64,000 nucleotides of DNA from Octopus vulgaris. Taxonomy: Eukaryota. Location: contig OX597817.1 in assembly GCA_951406725.2 (NCBI GenBank), forward strand, positions 9,982,001 through 10,046,000, written 5' to 3'. Of this stretch, positions 41,601 through 55,229 are shown one piece after another. The notes under the pieces are model-generated. The model did no database searches. It saw nothing but the letters and a program-made list of their open reading frames with translations, and was not told the origin of the DNA. Both the position numbers and the translations under genes were made by a program. Each line of letters begins with the position of its first letter. The first letter of the stretch is position 1.

Positions 41601-41972
41601 ACACTTCAAAATACTGGAACTCCTCACCAGGGCCCCACTATCGGATGCAGTTTAAACTCATGCGTATACATACAACCATAAAATCCCTCTATACCCAGAT
41701 TATAAATTTGCATTTATACCAATAATAATTAGAGTAATTAGTTTGGGGAAATTTATAAGTGACAATCTGGAAAAGCTGGGGTTACCGGAAAAAATGTCAA
41801 CCAGCTGGCATGCGCATTACAATTACAACGTGTAAGCAGAACAACAAAAATATGCTGTAATTTTCTGGAACTTAAAATTAAATTTGATTTTACTGTCTAC
41901 TTCTAATGATGAAGCTTGGTATCTTTGTTGGAGCTCCTTTTTCATCAAAAATATTTAAAATAATTAAAGATA

Positions 41973-42378
41973 GGCGCAGGAGTGGCTGTGTGGTAAGTAG
42001 CTTGTTTACCAACCACATGGTTCCGGGTTCAGTCCCACTGCGTGGAACCTCGGGCAAGTGTCTTCTACTATAGCCTCGCGCCGACCAAAACCTTGTGAGT
42101 GGATTTGGTAGACGGAAACTGAAAGAAGCCTGTCGGATATATGTATATATATGTATGTGTGTGTGTGTTTGGGTGTCTGTGTTTGTCCTCCTAGCATTGC
42201 TTGACAACCGATGCTGGTGTATTTATGTCCCCGTTACTTAGCGGTTTGGCAAAAGAGACCGATAGAATAAGTACTGGGCTTACAAAGAATAAGTCCCGGG
42301 GTCGAGTTGCTCGATTAAAAGGCGGTGCTCCAGCATGGCCGCAGTCAAATGACTGAAACAAGTAAAAGAGTAAGAGTA
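41973..42378 (+). mobile_element. SINE family B, full length
   Basis: GGCGCAGGAGTGGCTGTGTGG head to AAAAGAGTA tail. Confidence 0.92.
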
Positions 42379-43452
42379 TCGAAGAGAGCATACATACCAT
42401 CGGTTATAATACAGCGAAAATTTAAGTTTTACATTCAGTTTTACATTCAGCTTTTATCAGAAGAAAAATGCAATCATTTCATAGAGAATATTGATGAGAT
42501 ATATGGGGGTTTTACCAAGCGTTACAGCTTTTAAAAGTTTTGTGTGATAAAATGACACACTGAATTGTAGAAAGATGGGAGTTTGGGGGGATTTTTAAAC
42601 AGATATAAATATGACGAACGAAGAATGAAAACGATAGATTTGAATTAGTACGAAAAGTTGTAAAGAAGGCATCAAAGCGTTTATTATAAAGTGTATTGAG
42701 ACCCCGATGCTCTGTGTTGTTCCATTTTGCTGTGAGGAAATGAGCATGGAAAGCTAAAAACTTCAAAATATCAAAGACTATAAGTCAAATCAGGAATGTC
42801 TTTAAGTGGATTTAGATAGAACAGAGAAATAGAGAGAATGAATAATCATGGTAAATACTTAAGTATTGATCTATTTCGTTAAGTAATCTTCGAGTGTTTC
42901 AGAAGGTACTTGTCAGATTGACGACATTTAGTGATTATTTCTGATCTGACATTTAGATAGTTTGGAGGATTTTGAGTATGAGAATCTCCTCAGCTACTTT
43001 TTGCCCCACTTTCGATGTGCCTGCATCTCAGGAGGATACTCTACTTGATGTTTTAATTAGTAGCATGTTCATTAAGACTCCAGTCAAATTGGGTAGTTTT
43101 GATGTCTTTCTCTTTACTTTCTATTTCCCGAAGGAAGAGCTACTGTAGAAAAATCATTTGGTGAATACATATTCAAATATCGCTATACCGAGTTTATACA
43201 CAAAGTTAGGTTTTAGTTTGGTTTGGTTTGGTTTGGTTTGGTGGAGGGGATTTCTGATTCATCTATCAATCTTCTCCGCATTGTATAACTGGAAGAGAGA
43301 GGATGCGTTTAAAAGATAGTAATAACTCAATTTAAGTTTGTTTCTATTGAAGTTCCTGTATAATCGATATATGGAAATATATAACAATAACAATAAGAAC
43401 AACAACAATAATAATAATAATATGTATGCAGGTATATATATGTATGTGTGTG

Positions 43453-44628
43453 TACGGGGTGAGATGGGTAAATTGTCGTCATTTTATATTTTGAATTTCA
43501 TGTATGCGCTTCGTTTAGTTTTGATTTTGTCGAGTACACAGTATAGTAAGAAAACAGCACCATTACGCAATTCACTCTGCCAGAAATTTGGAAACATGCT
43601 TTACTGCTTTGCATTCGTGCCAGAAGCTCCAATACGAACACTTAATAGTGTTTGGGTGTCCATCTGATGACATGTATCCAGATTGATAAAAATTAAACAT
43701 CCACTCAACATCGTGGTGTTTGGAGTGACCATTAGTGATGCTGATGTTATGCCTCTATTCATCTTCCCAAACGGACTCAGACTCAACACAGAGGCCTACA
43801 TCAAATGCCTGGAGGAGGTAGTCAAGAGGGTGGATGCTGGAAGATCCTATGTCTGGCAACAGGACTCTGCACCATGCCACACAAGCAGGAGCACCCTGTC
43901 ATGGCTGTCAGACAATTTCTGCGACCACATCACCCCTTAACATCTGGCCACCTAACTCCCCAGACTGCAACCCTTTGATTATTATGTGTGGGGTGCTGTT
44001 GAGCGGTAGACCGACAAAACTCCTTGTAACACCAAAGATGAACTGAGGGTAACGCTTATGATAGCATTCACCTACTTAAATAAGCAATCCGTCCAGAAGA
44101 TTCCGAAGTCGTCTGGAGGTCGTGGCCAAAGCCAACGGCGATTTTATTGAATAAATTTACTCATTAGTGCTCTTTTACCCTTTTATTTGTTTCAGTCATT
44201 TGACTGCGGCCATGCTGAAGCACTGCCTTTAGTCGAACAAATCGACCCCAGGACTCATTCTTTGTAAGCCTAGTATTTATTCTATCGGTATTCTTCGCCG
44301 AACTGCTAAGTTACGGGGACGTAAACACACCAGCATCGGTTTCAAGCGATGGTGGGGGTAACAAGCACAGACACATATACATACATGGTGGGCTTCTTTC
44401 AGTTTCCGCATGCTTAATACACTCACAATGCTTTGGTCGGCCCAAGGCTAGAGTAGAAGAAACTTGCCCAAGGTGCCACACAGTGGGACTGAACCTGGAA
44501 CCATGTGGTTCCAATGCAAAGTTACCATACAGCCGCTCCTGCAACTCAAGATATTTTTTATGTAATTTTAGTAAATATACCTGTTAAAATGATGCGATTT
44601 AGACGACATTATAGCTACTGCACCATGT
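43453..44628 (+). mobile_element. Internally deleted Tc1/mariner (DD37D/maT-like) transposon, interrupted by SINE B
   Basis: KHPLNIVVFGVTISD.DVMPLFIFPNGLRLNTEAYIKCLE..YVWQQDSAPCHTS and WPPNSPDCNP..YYVWG; imperfect TIRs near 43453 and 44628, each next to TA. Confidence 0.85.
44168..44543 (-). mobile_element. SINE family B (diverged)
   Basis: Family B similarity. Confidence 0.88.
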
Positions 44629-45711
44629 ATGTGCGTGTATATATAAGAATTTGATTAATGTTATATTTTGAAATTTTTATTTCTTTACCATATAATGTGT
44701 TTGAAACTAATATAGATAATATAAGAATATTTTTTCTGGCAAACTCGCTAAGTTATATTTCTTTTGGAATCTACATAATTGAATTGATATTTGAGACTGT
44801 TAGAGATTAAACCCAAGTCAAATCTGATCGAGCAGAATATCTGACCTTTATTATTATTATTATTACTATGTTGTACCAACGGTAAGGTGTGATTTAAAAG
44901 AGTTTTAACTGTTATTTCTAGCGACTACATAAATCTTCCCCTCACTGGAAACTAAGACTGTGTCGATGTGTTTGAGGGCATTAAACCTTCCGTTGTATGG
45001 TATTTGACCCTAAATGATAATTAATTACATTAGAGTGAGCTAAGAGCTAAATTGTTTGAGTGAGATGAAATGTTCTTCAGTGGATTGATCACCAAAATAA
45101 TAATGTTACGAATGTTATCGATGTCAAGTGATGCTGACCAACCAACGAGGGAGCATCTACCGGGTAGCTGAACATGCTAAAAATAGCTACCTAATCACTC
45201 GCAAATTACTCTTAGACTGGTTAATATAATCTACGCTGTGGGTACAATAATGTCTAAAAAGCAAACGAAGCTACCAGGGTAGCATTATTTAATCATTCGT
45301 GTTTTTTGTACGTGTACATATAATTGCGACCGTATGTTATATGTTAGCTAGCTGATATATTTTTTAAAATACTAAACAAAATTAAAGTGGTTATCTTGGT
45401 AAGAGCGAAATGTCAAAATGGCTAGGCTCTCAACATTTCCAGCGTTACATGATCATCTTTTTTTAATTTGTAAGAAATATGTTAAATGTATTCGCAATAT
45501 TGAAATTTTAAAAAAATGTATCTAAATTGTTTACTGATATTATCAATTCGATACATTATACCTCGTGACCGAGCGAATTTGCTTCGGAAATACACATAAG
45601 GATATTAACACACAAAAGTATGCGCCCATGAATAGATATTTTATGTGTTCGTACGCGTGAGAGAGTGGGAGAATGAAACAAATATAACGACAGAGAGAGG
45701 AAAGAGATTTA

Positions 45712-46106
45712 TACTCTTTACTTTTTTACTCTTTTACATTTTTCACTCATTTGACTTTGGCCATGCTGGAGCACCGCCTTTAGTCGACCAAAACGACCCC
45801 AGGACTACTTATTCTTTGTAAGCCTAGTACTTATTCTATCGGTCTGTTTTGCTGAACCGCTAAGTGACGTTTGTCAAGCGATGTTGGGGGGACAAACACA
45901 GACACACAAACACACGCATACATACATACATATACATATATACGACAGGCTTCTTTCAGTTTCCGTCTACCAAATCCACTCACAAGGCCTTGGTCGGCCC
46001 GAGGCTATAGCAGAAAACACTTGCCCAAGGTGCCACGCAGTGGGACTGAACCCGGAACCATGTGGTTCGTAAGCAAGCTACTTACCACACAGTCACTCCT
46101 ACGCCT
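45712..46106 (-). mobile_element. SINE family B
   Basis: Family B similarity with a small internal deletion. Confidence 0.9.
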
Positions 46107-46809
46107 ATAAATATGTGTGTATGTTTGTTTGTGTGTTTGTGTGTGCGTGTGTGTGTGTGTGAGTGTATACAGAGAAAGAGAGAGAGAGACTCCGAAGATC
46201 ATCTATATACTTGTGTGAAACTGCAAGTCCATACATACAAACATGCACACACACACCCACACACACACATACACACACATACACACACACACACACACAC
46301 ACATACATAATAATTTGACTTGGCGCCATGAAATAAAGCTTCGTAGGCTCGGAAAGCGAACCTAGCTTGTCTGATATTTGGAGATCTAGCAACAGGTAAT
46401 GTGACAGATTTCAGATGGCTTCTAGATGTTAGACTTCTGTTGGTCAACTCAAACCACGTAGTGCTATTGGGTGAGCATCAACAACGAATCATATCCTTGT
46501 TTTCAGGTCCGCGTAGTCGAACAAGGTGTTGGTAGGCAGCTGTTGCCGCTATGCCTGGAGACTGGAGTATTATTTAACGACATCAGTTTGTTGCATTTGA
46601 ATGTTACTGGGGTTAGTGAAGGACTATAGCGGTGACGGATCTTCTGTGGGAGTAAACGGTCCAATCTAATACCAACAAATGTTAATCCTTTTATCCTTTC
46701 ATGTAGCAAACAATTACATCTACTTTGGCCAGCCTAAATTCTGTTTTTAACAGCAGAATGCCCTGAAGACTTTAAAGATGAATTTCTACAAATGAGTTAA
46801 AGTAACAAT

Positions 46810-47130
46810 TTCTTATGGAAACATGGAGCCTGGAAAAAGACCTAAGATGAAAGCAAAGAACTGCTTCAACATGCTTGAGAATACATCCTTGGGATAATTC
46901 GGAAAGGAATCAACAGAACAGATTGGAGCTACAAACAAGCAGATCGAAGCAATTTCTAAACTTGTTGAAAAATATTTGAGTCAGACGCGTCTACAGGATG
47001 ACTGAACACCGGTGTATGAAAACGTGAGTGGATAGAATCTTCAGGGACCGCAAATGAATCAAAGATGCCGCCGAGAAAATGATGTGATAACTTGGATAGA
47101 TTCGACTAAAATTATGTGGGTTTTAGACAT
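46810..47130 (+). mobile_element. Decayed RTE LINE C-terminal fragment
   Basis: ETWSL..RTA and later W..R..PPRK*.DNL resemble RTE ETWxL...GRPPxRWxDDL; heavily frameshifted. Confidence 0.45.
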
Positions 47131-48189
47131 TCAGCCCTGAAGATAATGGAGAGATAAGCGCAAGTCTTCTTTTTCTTTCCAGCAAGAGAACAAAGGCTCA
47201 TTTGATTGATTACCTGATTGACTGACTGACTGAATAAAATTTATAGTTAACTCTCAATAGTGCAGCATTTCTGGAGAATGTAAAATTATAAATGGTACTT
47301 AGAATTACACGAAATTTATGTTATAAAGAGCATACTTTTCATTATGAGTCACTGACTATACACATGGTGTAATAGTTATAGGTAATGGGAGGAGCTGAAG
47401 CTACGTAGATAATTAAACATGGAAAATTCTGAATAGCCAAGCCTATTTCCGTTCTTATAAATATCTATCCGTCGGCAAATGTGTTAACTTCCTTTCTCGA
47501 TGTCTGATTATTATCTTCTGATTAATCTAGGCTTATTGACATTGAGAATATATATACCATGCCACGATCCCGTTATAGTTCACACATTCATCTGGTGTCT
47601 ATTTTCGGATACCTGTTCCTATATGTTATTTCCATGATTACATTTCTCGCTTATCTTTACCAGTCTAATCATTGAATTTTCATTAAATATATCATCATCA
47701 TCATCATCATCACTACCACCATCACCACCAAACAAGCAACACCAACGCCACCTCTGCCCTCACCAACTACAACAACAACGTCGTCATCGTTGTTCCTAAT
47801 GTGATTCGGATTGCAGAAGCGGTAAAGACTCGAACGAAATGTTTACCGTATTTACATTTAGATCCCTGCCAGTTGTTTAATTTGACGATTCTTCCTGACA
47901 CGCTACTTAAAATAAGTACCTGTCCAAAACTAGATTGAATGCATTGATTACAACATAACACTAAAATATTTGATCACATGCCCAGTGTTTATATTTGTAT
48001 GAAGGCGCAGTGTGACCGAACGGTTAAGGAGCTCGCTTCACAACCCCGAGCTGCCAGGTTCGATCACGTTTTCGACTTGTAGTTTGTATATGGAAATGAG
48101 CAGACGAAACGGTACAGAAGGTTGTAAGATATATTGCCATGGCAGCAATCTCTGACATTGTGAGAGAGACGGTTCTGCATTCTCTTGCT

Positions 48190-48395
48190 GAACAAACTGC
48201 GTAAATGGTTTGTTTATAGTCATCAAATACATGTGCTGTACATTAGTTCACTCCCTCCATCCAATCAACATTGTCTGAACAGGTACAGGGGTTACCACAC
48301 GTCAAGTGTCGAAGTGCATCAACCACTCCAGGAATTGAAACCACAATCTTGCGATCGTGAGTACACCACCCTAACCACTAGGCCATACTCCCACA
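48190..48395 (-). mobile_element. Diverged tRNA-derived SINE (additional family)
   Basis: Head TGGCCTAGTGGTTAGG..GGTTTCAATTCC (A and B boxes); the same head occurs at 35380-35462. Confidence 0.65.
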
Positions 48396-48647
48396 CAAGA
48401 TGCAATGTACCTATAACTCAAATGGACAGCTTTGCTACACACGTATTAGGTAAATTTTGCCTGAGGAATATACAGTGATGTTACTTGCGCATATGGAATG
48501 TCCTGTCAATTTTTTCAACAGGCAGGTAATTCAGACGAAAACTCTCCCCTCAAAAGAACATAGGGAACAGCCAATAATAAACACACTGATGTAATGAACA
48601 GCATGTCTAGGCATATGACTAGTGAGTACATGTTATTGACATATACC

Positions 48648-49034
48648 TGGAAGCACTCCGTTGGTTACGACGATGAGGGTTCCGGTTGATCCGACCAACG
48701 GAACAGCCTGCTCGTTTTATTAACGTGTAAGTGGCGTGGCTGAGCACTCCACAGACACGTGTACCCTCAACGTAGTTCTCGGGGATATTCAGCGTGACAC
48801 AGAAAGTGACAAGGCCGGCCCTTTGAAATACAGGTACAACAGAAACAGGAAGAAATAGTGAGAGAAAGTTGTGGTGAAAGAGTACAGCAGGGATCACCAC
48901 CATCCCTGCCGGAGCCTCGTGGAGCTTTTAGGTGTTTTCGCTCAATAAACACTCAACGCCCGGTCTGGGAATCGAAACCGTGACCCTACGACCGCGAGTC
49001 CGCTGCCCTAACCACCGGGCCATTGCGCCTCCAC
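48648..49034 (-). mobile_element. SINE family D (tRNA-derived), full length with 11-bp TSD
   Basis: Head GGCGCAATGGCCCGGTGGTTAGGGCAGCGGACTCGCGGTC..GGTTTCGATTCCC (tRNA-like A/B boxes); TSD TGACATATACC at 48637-48647 and 49035-49045. Confidence 0.92.
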
Positions 49035-49911
49035 TGACATATACCAAGAAGTCTGAAATGCTTCTGGCGTTCTCATGAATCAGTGCCGGGGTGATTTTTC
49101 GTGTCACTCCGATATATATTCTGTTTCTAACACAGCATGTCTATGAAAAGATTTCGTCTCGAACGAAAATCCCATGCATCATGCCTCCCAATGGTGTACA
49201 TACGCTGATTCTGATACGTAGGAGGCTATTTTTATTTAATACTGTTTCACTTACATTTACCGAATCATTCATCATTGACCAACGATTGGGTATTTCTCTC
49301 ACTGCATATTTACTTCTAGTTAGCATTTTATTACTCCCCGCATTTGTAAACTCTAAATTAAAAGTTTTTTGCCTTGTCTCACTTCGCTGATTCACCGTAG
49401 AAACACCGCATTACTTTAACTTATTGTTTTAAATCGACAGACTATCTAAATCTCACGAGAAATGTTTATGTCGGCATACCACGACTGAACGCGAATATTT
49501 TATATTTTATAGCAACCAACGGCTGCTGCTTTTGGGTTATGTTTACACTCCTAACTGGATATCATGACTGAAAGGCATATTTTGTTGATGATTAGCCCTA
49601 GGTCAAGCCTTATTGCCTACATCTAGGTATAAAAGCGTTGCAGCTGTCACTGTCCTATTTTTATTTTCTTTATCCTCATTTACGATGACGGTTGGTGAGA
49701 TTTGAAAGAGATCGATTACTATTTCAACTGATGGAGCGGCTGTGTGTAGATTATCTTATTGGCTCGAGGAATGTTTCAAATTTGTAAAGTGAATAGTTTT
49801 CTTCGACTTACTAACTTTTGGCGGTCACAGCCCTAAAGAATACATATTTCAATTCACATTAATCAGAACAGTGGTCGTCGTCGTCGGCGGCGGCGTTGGT
49901 GGAGGTAGTGG

Positions 49912-49945
<34 letters not shown>

Positions 49946-50873
49946 AGTGACAAAGTCCTCTTTATTGCATCAACATCCTCCTCCTCCTTCTCCTCTTCCT
50001 CTTTATCATCGTCAAAATTATCGCATGGTACTCATCGTTATGATAGTGATGTTTTCATAACGCCCTGACGTTTTCTCCATTAGTACATTTGTGAAGGAAA
50101 CCGGAACCATTTGGTAACTGTATCAATGGGTTTTCTTTTTTTATTTTTCTGTCAAATTTCAACCTAAGATATTATTTCCTCTCATCCTGTAACCTGCAAC
50201 TAACCTAGAATAACGTATATTAAAGAAAAAGGCTTCTCATAAAACGAGCAGCGGATTTATTTTCGATAACTGGAAACTACTTATCTAAAGTAGCATTGCC
50301 GTTTAAAATAAACAGTAACGCCAAAAAGATAAACAGAAAACCAAGCAATCTAAACTGTCCTTAGTGATTAAATTATATGTTGTTGCTTGCTTTGTCTCCT
50401 TTTTTACAGTTTCAGATGACATCGTCACTTGATCTCTTCGATCGCTATCTTGTGATATGCATGGTTGGGCACTAGCAAGTTGAACACTCAAAAAGTTTTA
50501 ATCGATTTGTAATACATTCTTAACAACTACGGTTCATTTAATATTGATTTCTTACATGAAAACAAGGTGACCCATTTGCAGAGAAAAGTTGTTTCGTTGT
50601 TTCATCCTAACACAGTATATAACTGATACTTCTTTTATCTGCCTCAGGAAAAAGTCAATAAAAGTCAGATCAGCCATTGGTCAGGTTTTGATATTAAAAG
50701 CAGAAGCGAGTTGACTAAATACGATGGAATAGTATACAGTTCATGTAACCATAGAAAATATTAGTTACTTTTGTATCTAAGCCTGATCATATTTCTCTCT
50801 TTCTCTATCGCTTACTGTATTTCATCCTTTATTAATTTCTTGCACAACACACGCATACACACAGACACACACA

Positions 50874-51300
<427 letters not shown>

Positions 51301-51528
51301 ATATATATATATATATATGCATATATATATATATATCATCACCCTTAAACAAGAGTAGTATTGACAGCGACTTCGAAGTTTCGGACAGTGCGATATGATG
51401 GGTCAGACGGCTGAAATTATTGTGAAGAATATTAAATAGGTATTCTACAAAAAGTACTTAGTAATCCTTCAGTTTAATGTAAAATTGTTTTCATTTTAAC
51501 TTATAAAAACAAACATTAGCGTGTATAT

Positions 51529-51588
<60 letters not shown>

Positions 51589-51661
51589 GCTAATGTTTGT
51601 TTTATGTATGTATGTATGTATGTATGTATGTATGTATGTATGTATATGTATACATTCAATA

Positions 51662-52142
51662 TCTATTATATAAAATCCGTTCTGTCTGTCTCTGTGTGTG
51701 TGTCTTCTAGGATCTCGGTCATCATTCATCCGATTGCGCTCAAATTTGATATGTAGATACCGATGGTATCAGGACGTGTAAAAGTCTTGAAAAGATTACA
51801 AAAATCGATTCCAGGCGAGAATGCGATCGATAAAGCCGTGGAAACGTGCACGTTTCTTGTCTGCCAAGCTTACTGTTTAAACCTTGTTTGTGTTCTCCCA
51901 GTCAACAGCCTTATCATTACTGGTACTCTTCGGTTGCATATTTGTGTGAATAAAATCGTTTTTCTTTGGAATAGAAAAAAGTCTACCTTTATTTCTTCTT
52001 TTGCTGGTGTCTCAAATTTAGGTTAAGTCAGTGTTTCTCAAAGGAGAGGCCTATGGGACGGTCGGACAAGTTGTTTTGAGAAAATTTGGTTTAAATTTTT
52101 GACAACTCAGCACCGTCCATTGGACGGGGGGCGTTTTGCTCG
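51662..52142 (+). mobile_element. Non-autonomous Helitron
   Basis: A|TC start (TCTATTATATAAAATCC..CTGTCTGTC), hairpin CCGTCCA-T-TGGACGG at 52113-52127, CTCG|T end (variant of CTAG). Confidence 0.75.
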
Positions 52143-52151
52143 TATATATAT

Positions 52152-52550
52152 AATGAAATTAATAATGATGAGGAAAACGGAGATTTACACATTCATATTT
52201 AATTAAACAGTTATTTGCAGCATTCTTCTCTTGGACCTACGCATATTTCGGCTGCATCCGTTGCACACTGTTATGTGTGCATCTTGGTGTTAATTGTCGG
52301 GGCAGCTTCTTCGAGATCCGTTGTTTGCTGCCGTTCAAAGATCATCTGAAGAAAACTGTGAGATTGATCAAATAACAATGTGCAGCGGATGCAGCCGAAA
52401 CGTGCTTAAGTCCCACGAAAGAATGCTGCAAAAACTGTTGAATAAAATATGGATACGTATAAAATATCTGTAAATTTCCGTGTAAATAAAATATGTGTAA
52501 ATAAAATATGTGTAAATCTCCGTACTCCTGATTTTTTTTAGAATTTCATT
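52152..52550. repeat. Imperfect long inverted repeat (foldback)
   Basis: Arms at about 52152-52274 and 52372-52550 (e.g. TTTCGGCTGCATCCG / CGGATGCAGCCGAAA; TTTGCAGCATTCTT / AAGAATGCTGCAAA; ACGGAGATTTACACA / TGTGTAAATCTCCGT). Confidence 0.88.
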
Positions 52551-52751
52551 ATTTTCTTTACGGAAACTATGCAGTCCCTAAAAGGACATTTGGAGAGAAT
52601 AATAACCGAATCTAGTAAATTATCACTAACTCGAGCATCACCAACATTCGTTGTGGCTAGCCGGCTTTGAGAAACGATCTAAGAGTTATCACAGTAACCA
52701 CCAGGATTATATATCTCTTGAAACCACTTTTGGAAATATTACTTTGGATGT

Positions 52752-52783
<32 letters not shown>

Positions 52784-52824
52784 ACATATGCATACAAACA
52801 TGTGTGTATACGTATATGCATGTA

Positions 52825-53038
52825 TACTCTTTTACTTGTTTCAGTCATTTGACTGCGGCCATGCTGGAGCACCGCCTTTAGTCGAGCAAATCGACCCCGA
52901 GACTTATTCTTTGTAAGCCCACTACTTATTCATCGGTCTCTTTTGCCGAACCGCTAGGTGACGGGGATGTAAACACACCAGCATCGGTTGTCAAATGATG
53001 TTGGGGGGACAAACATAGATACACAAACACACACACAC
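52825..53038 (-). mobile_element. SINE family B, 3' half
   Basis: Family B tail and body up to the internal microsatellite. Confidence 0.88.
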
Positions 53039-54324
53039 ATTTTGATGCATCAAATTGAGGCCATAATGTGAATGAGATGGCCTCAATTTTTCTCTGCACA
53101 TAAACGTAGATAGGATAACGGTATTTAACAAACACTGACAACACTGAAAATGCATCGAAGTGTGTATATCTATTAAAATTTATTGGCAGTATTTAGGTAA
53201 TAATTTTTCATTGCTTTATAAATACACATCCTTTTAACATAATTGTATTCATATCCTAGTTCAATTTTTCCTTTTCTGTTATTGATGTTCGACCTTCCCT
53301 CATGTTTCATGCCTTGCCAGCGCTCTTCTCATATGCATGCCATATGTATACTTATACATTATAGGAATATATGATACAATAATATCATATGTTTACGATA
53401 ACGTATTCGCTCTAATGTGTGTCTGTGTGTGCATATGTAAAGGAGTACGAAGAGAGAGTGAGAATATTATGTATCTCAAATGACTCCCACGGTGCAACAT
53501 TTTGTCGGCTCTGTTTTAAAGCAGGTACAAGTCACAACAGGGCTGTGGGATTTGAACTACTGAGCATTATCCTTAACATGTTTTTCCCATTGTGTTATTT
53601 ACTATCGGTGCTGCATGCTAATGAAATGTTTTTGTTTGTTTGTTTTTTCAACTACGTACTGTTTCCACCCACTCACAATACTACATATTTACAGCTAGGT
53701 GGAGATACCAACTAAACTTAAGTTTTTGGCCAGGATACAGAAATCTCACGCTGTGTGCATTGGGGGTGGGTAGAACTAATATCAGTAAAATCATATTACA
53801 ATACTGGAGAGAAAATGTGTAGATGAAAATATTACGTGTAAAACGACCATCACGGATAATTGTAAGCATCCCACAAGCAGAAAGTTTTCCCACTCCTCAA
53901 ATTGTGGTTGAACTTGCACTTCCTACGAAGCTCAATATCTTTATATCAACTTTAGAAATATTCTCTCAAGGAATTTTAACCCTCAACATACCATTACGTG
54001 AATGGCATTTCATGATACAGCATACCAGTAATAGAGACAATAGAGTAATTTCAAGAGTCAGGTTCCTTCAGATTTTTCGTAGCTATAGTCGTTGTTATTC
54101 ATTACTTGATGGGTTACACTTATAACAGGCTCACATCAGAGCTTTCACAATTTCACACAACCAAATTCGCTCACAAGCCATTGGTTAACGCGGGTCTATA
54201 GTAGAAGATACCTACCCAAATTGCAGGGCGGTAGAACTGAACACGAAGTCATGAGGTTTCAAAGTAAGCTTCTCAACATATATGTACGTCTATATATATA
54301 TACATATTATAAATTTGCATATAT

Positions 54325-54556
54325 ATTTCTTTATTACCCACAAGGGGCTAAACACAGAGGGGACAAACAAGGATAGACAAACGGATTAAGTCGGTTTCAT
54401 CGACCCCAGTGCGTAACTGGTACTTAATTTATCGACCCCGAAAGGATGAAAGGCAAAGTCGACCTCGGCGGAATTTGAACTCAGAACGTAACGGCAGACG
54501 AAATACGGCTACGCATTTCGCCCGGCGTGCTAACGTTTCTGCCAGCTCGCCGCCTT
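54325..54556 (-). mobile_element. SINE family A, full length
   Basis: Near-consensus copy. Confidence 0.92.
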
Positions 54557-54693
54557 AAATATATATAAATATTTATATATGTATATATATATATGTATGT
54601 GTGTGCGTGTGTATTTATATGTATGCATGTATGTACGTATATATGTATGAATGTGTGTATGTATATATATATATACATACATACACACACATC

Positions 54694-54727
<34 letters not shown>

Positions 54728-55018
54728 TAAATATGTCTGTGTGCACAATATATATGAGAAAGTGAAAGCGATACAGCAAGAACGAGGAATGAAAGCAGTG
54801 GAGGATGGAAGATGTTAAAGTGGAAAGTGAATAATTTATATCAACTTCCTTTTATGTTACCGTTTTAACTGTTGTGTGGCTGTCAGTTGGTAATATCTAT
54901 TCCATTCTTTGTCACGCAATATTAATTCCAATATTTATGGCAGTAATTATTGTCGGATTTCTTGGTGTAAGCAACTATAACACCGGGTTAAACAGCACAG
55001 GGACTGTTTTGGAACTGT

Positions 55019-55105
55019 GCCAATCACAAATAAGGTGAGATTGTTTGGTTGCTTCCTTCCACTTATAACAGGTTTGCACAAGCGCCTAGGCTGTTTATCA
55101 ATATT
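55019..55105 (+). promoter_or_regulatory. Putative Pol II core promoter (CCAAT, TATA-like, Inr-like)
   Basis: GCCAATCA 55019-55026, TTATAA 55063-55068 and TCAATAT 55098-55104 with plausible spacing, in a repeat-free island. Confidence 0.35.
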
Positions 55106-55229
55106 TCGCAAACAGCAATCACTGCTACCGTAATTAGATTAGTTTTTTTCAGCATCTTTTTTTTTTCATGCGATATATTTTAGGGGAGAAGAAATGTAAG
55201 ATTCTGCTCTTCCAGTATTTCTTTAAAAC
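55099..55229 (+). other. Putative non-coding first exon
   Basis: Follows the promoter-like motifs and ends at the consensus donor AAC|GTAAGT (GT at 55230). Confidence 0.3.

Noticed and set aside
46868-46890. 13-nt match to miR-137 (GCTTGAGAATACA)
   Set aside because: The seed does not match, there is no precursor hairpin, and it lies within an RTE remnant.
48960-49034. tRNA-like sequence
   Set aside because: It is the head of a TSD-flanked SINE, not a standalone tRNA gene.
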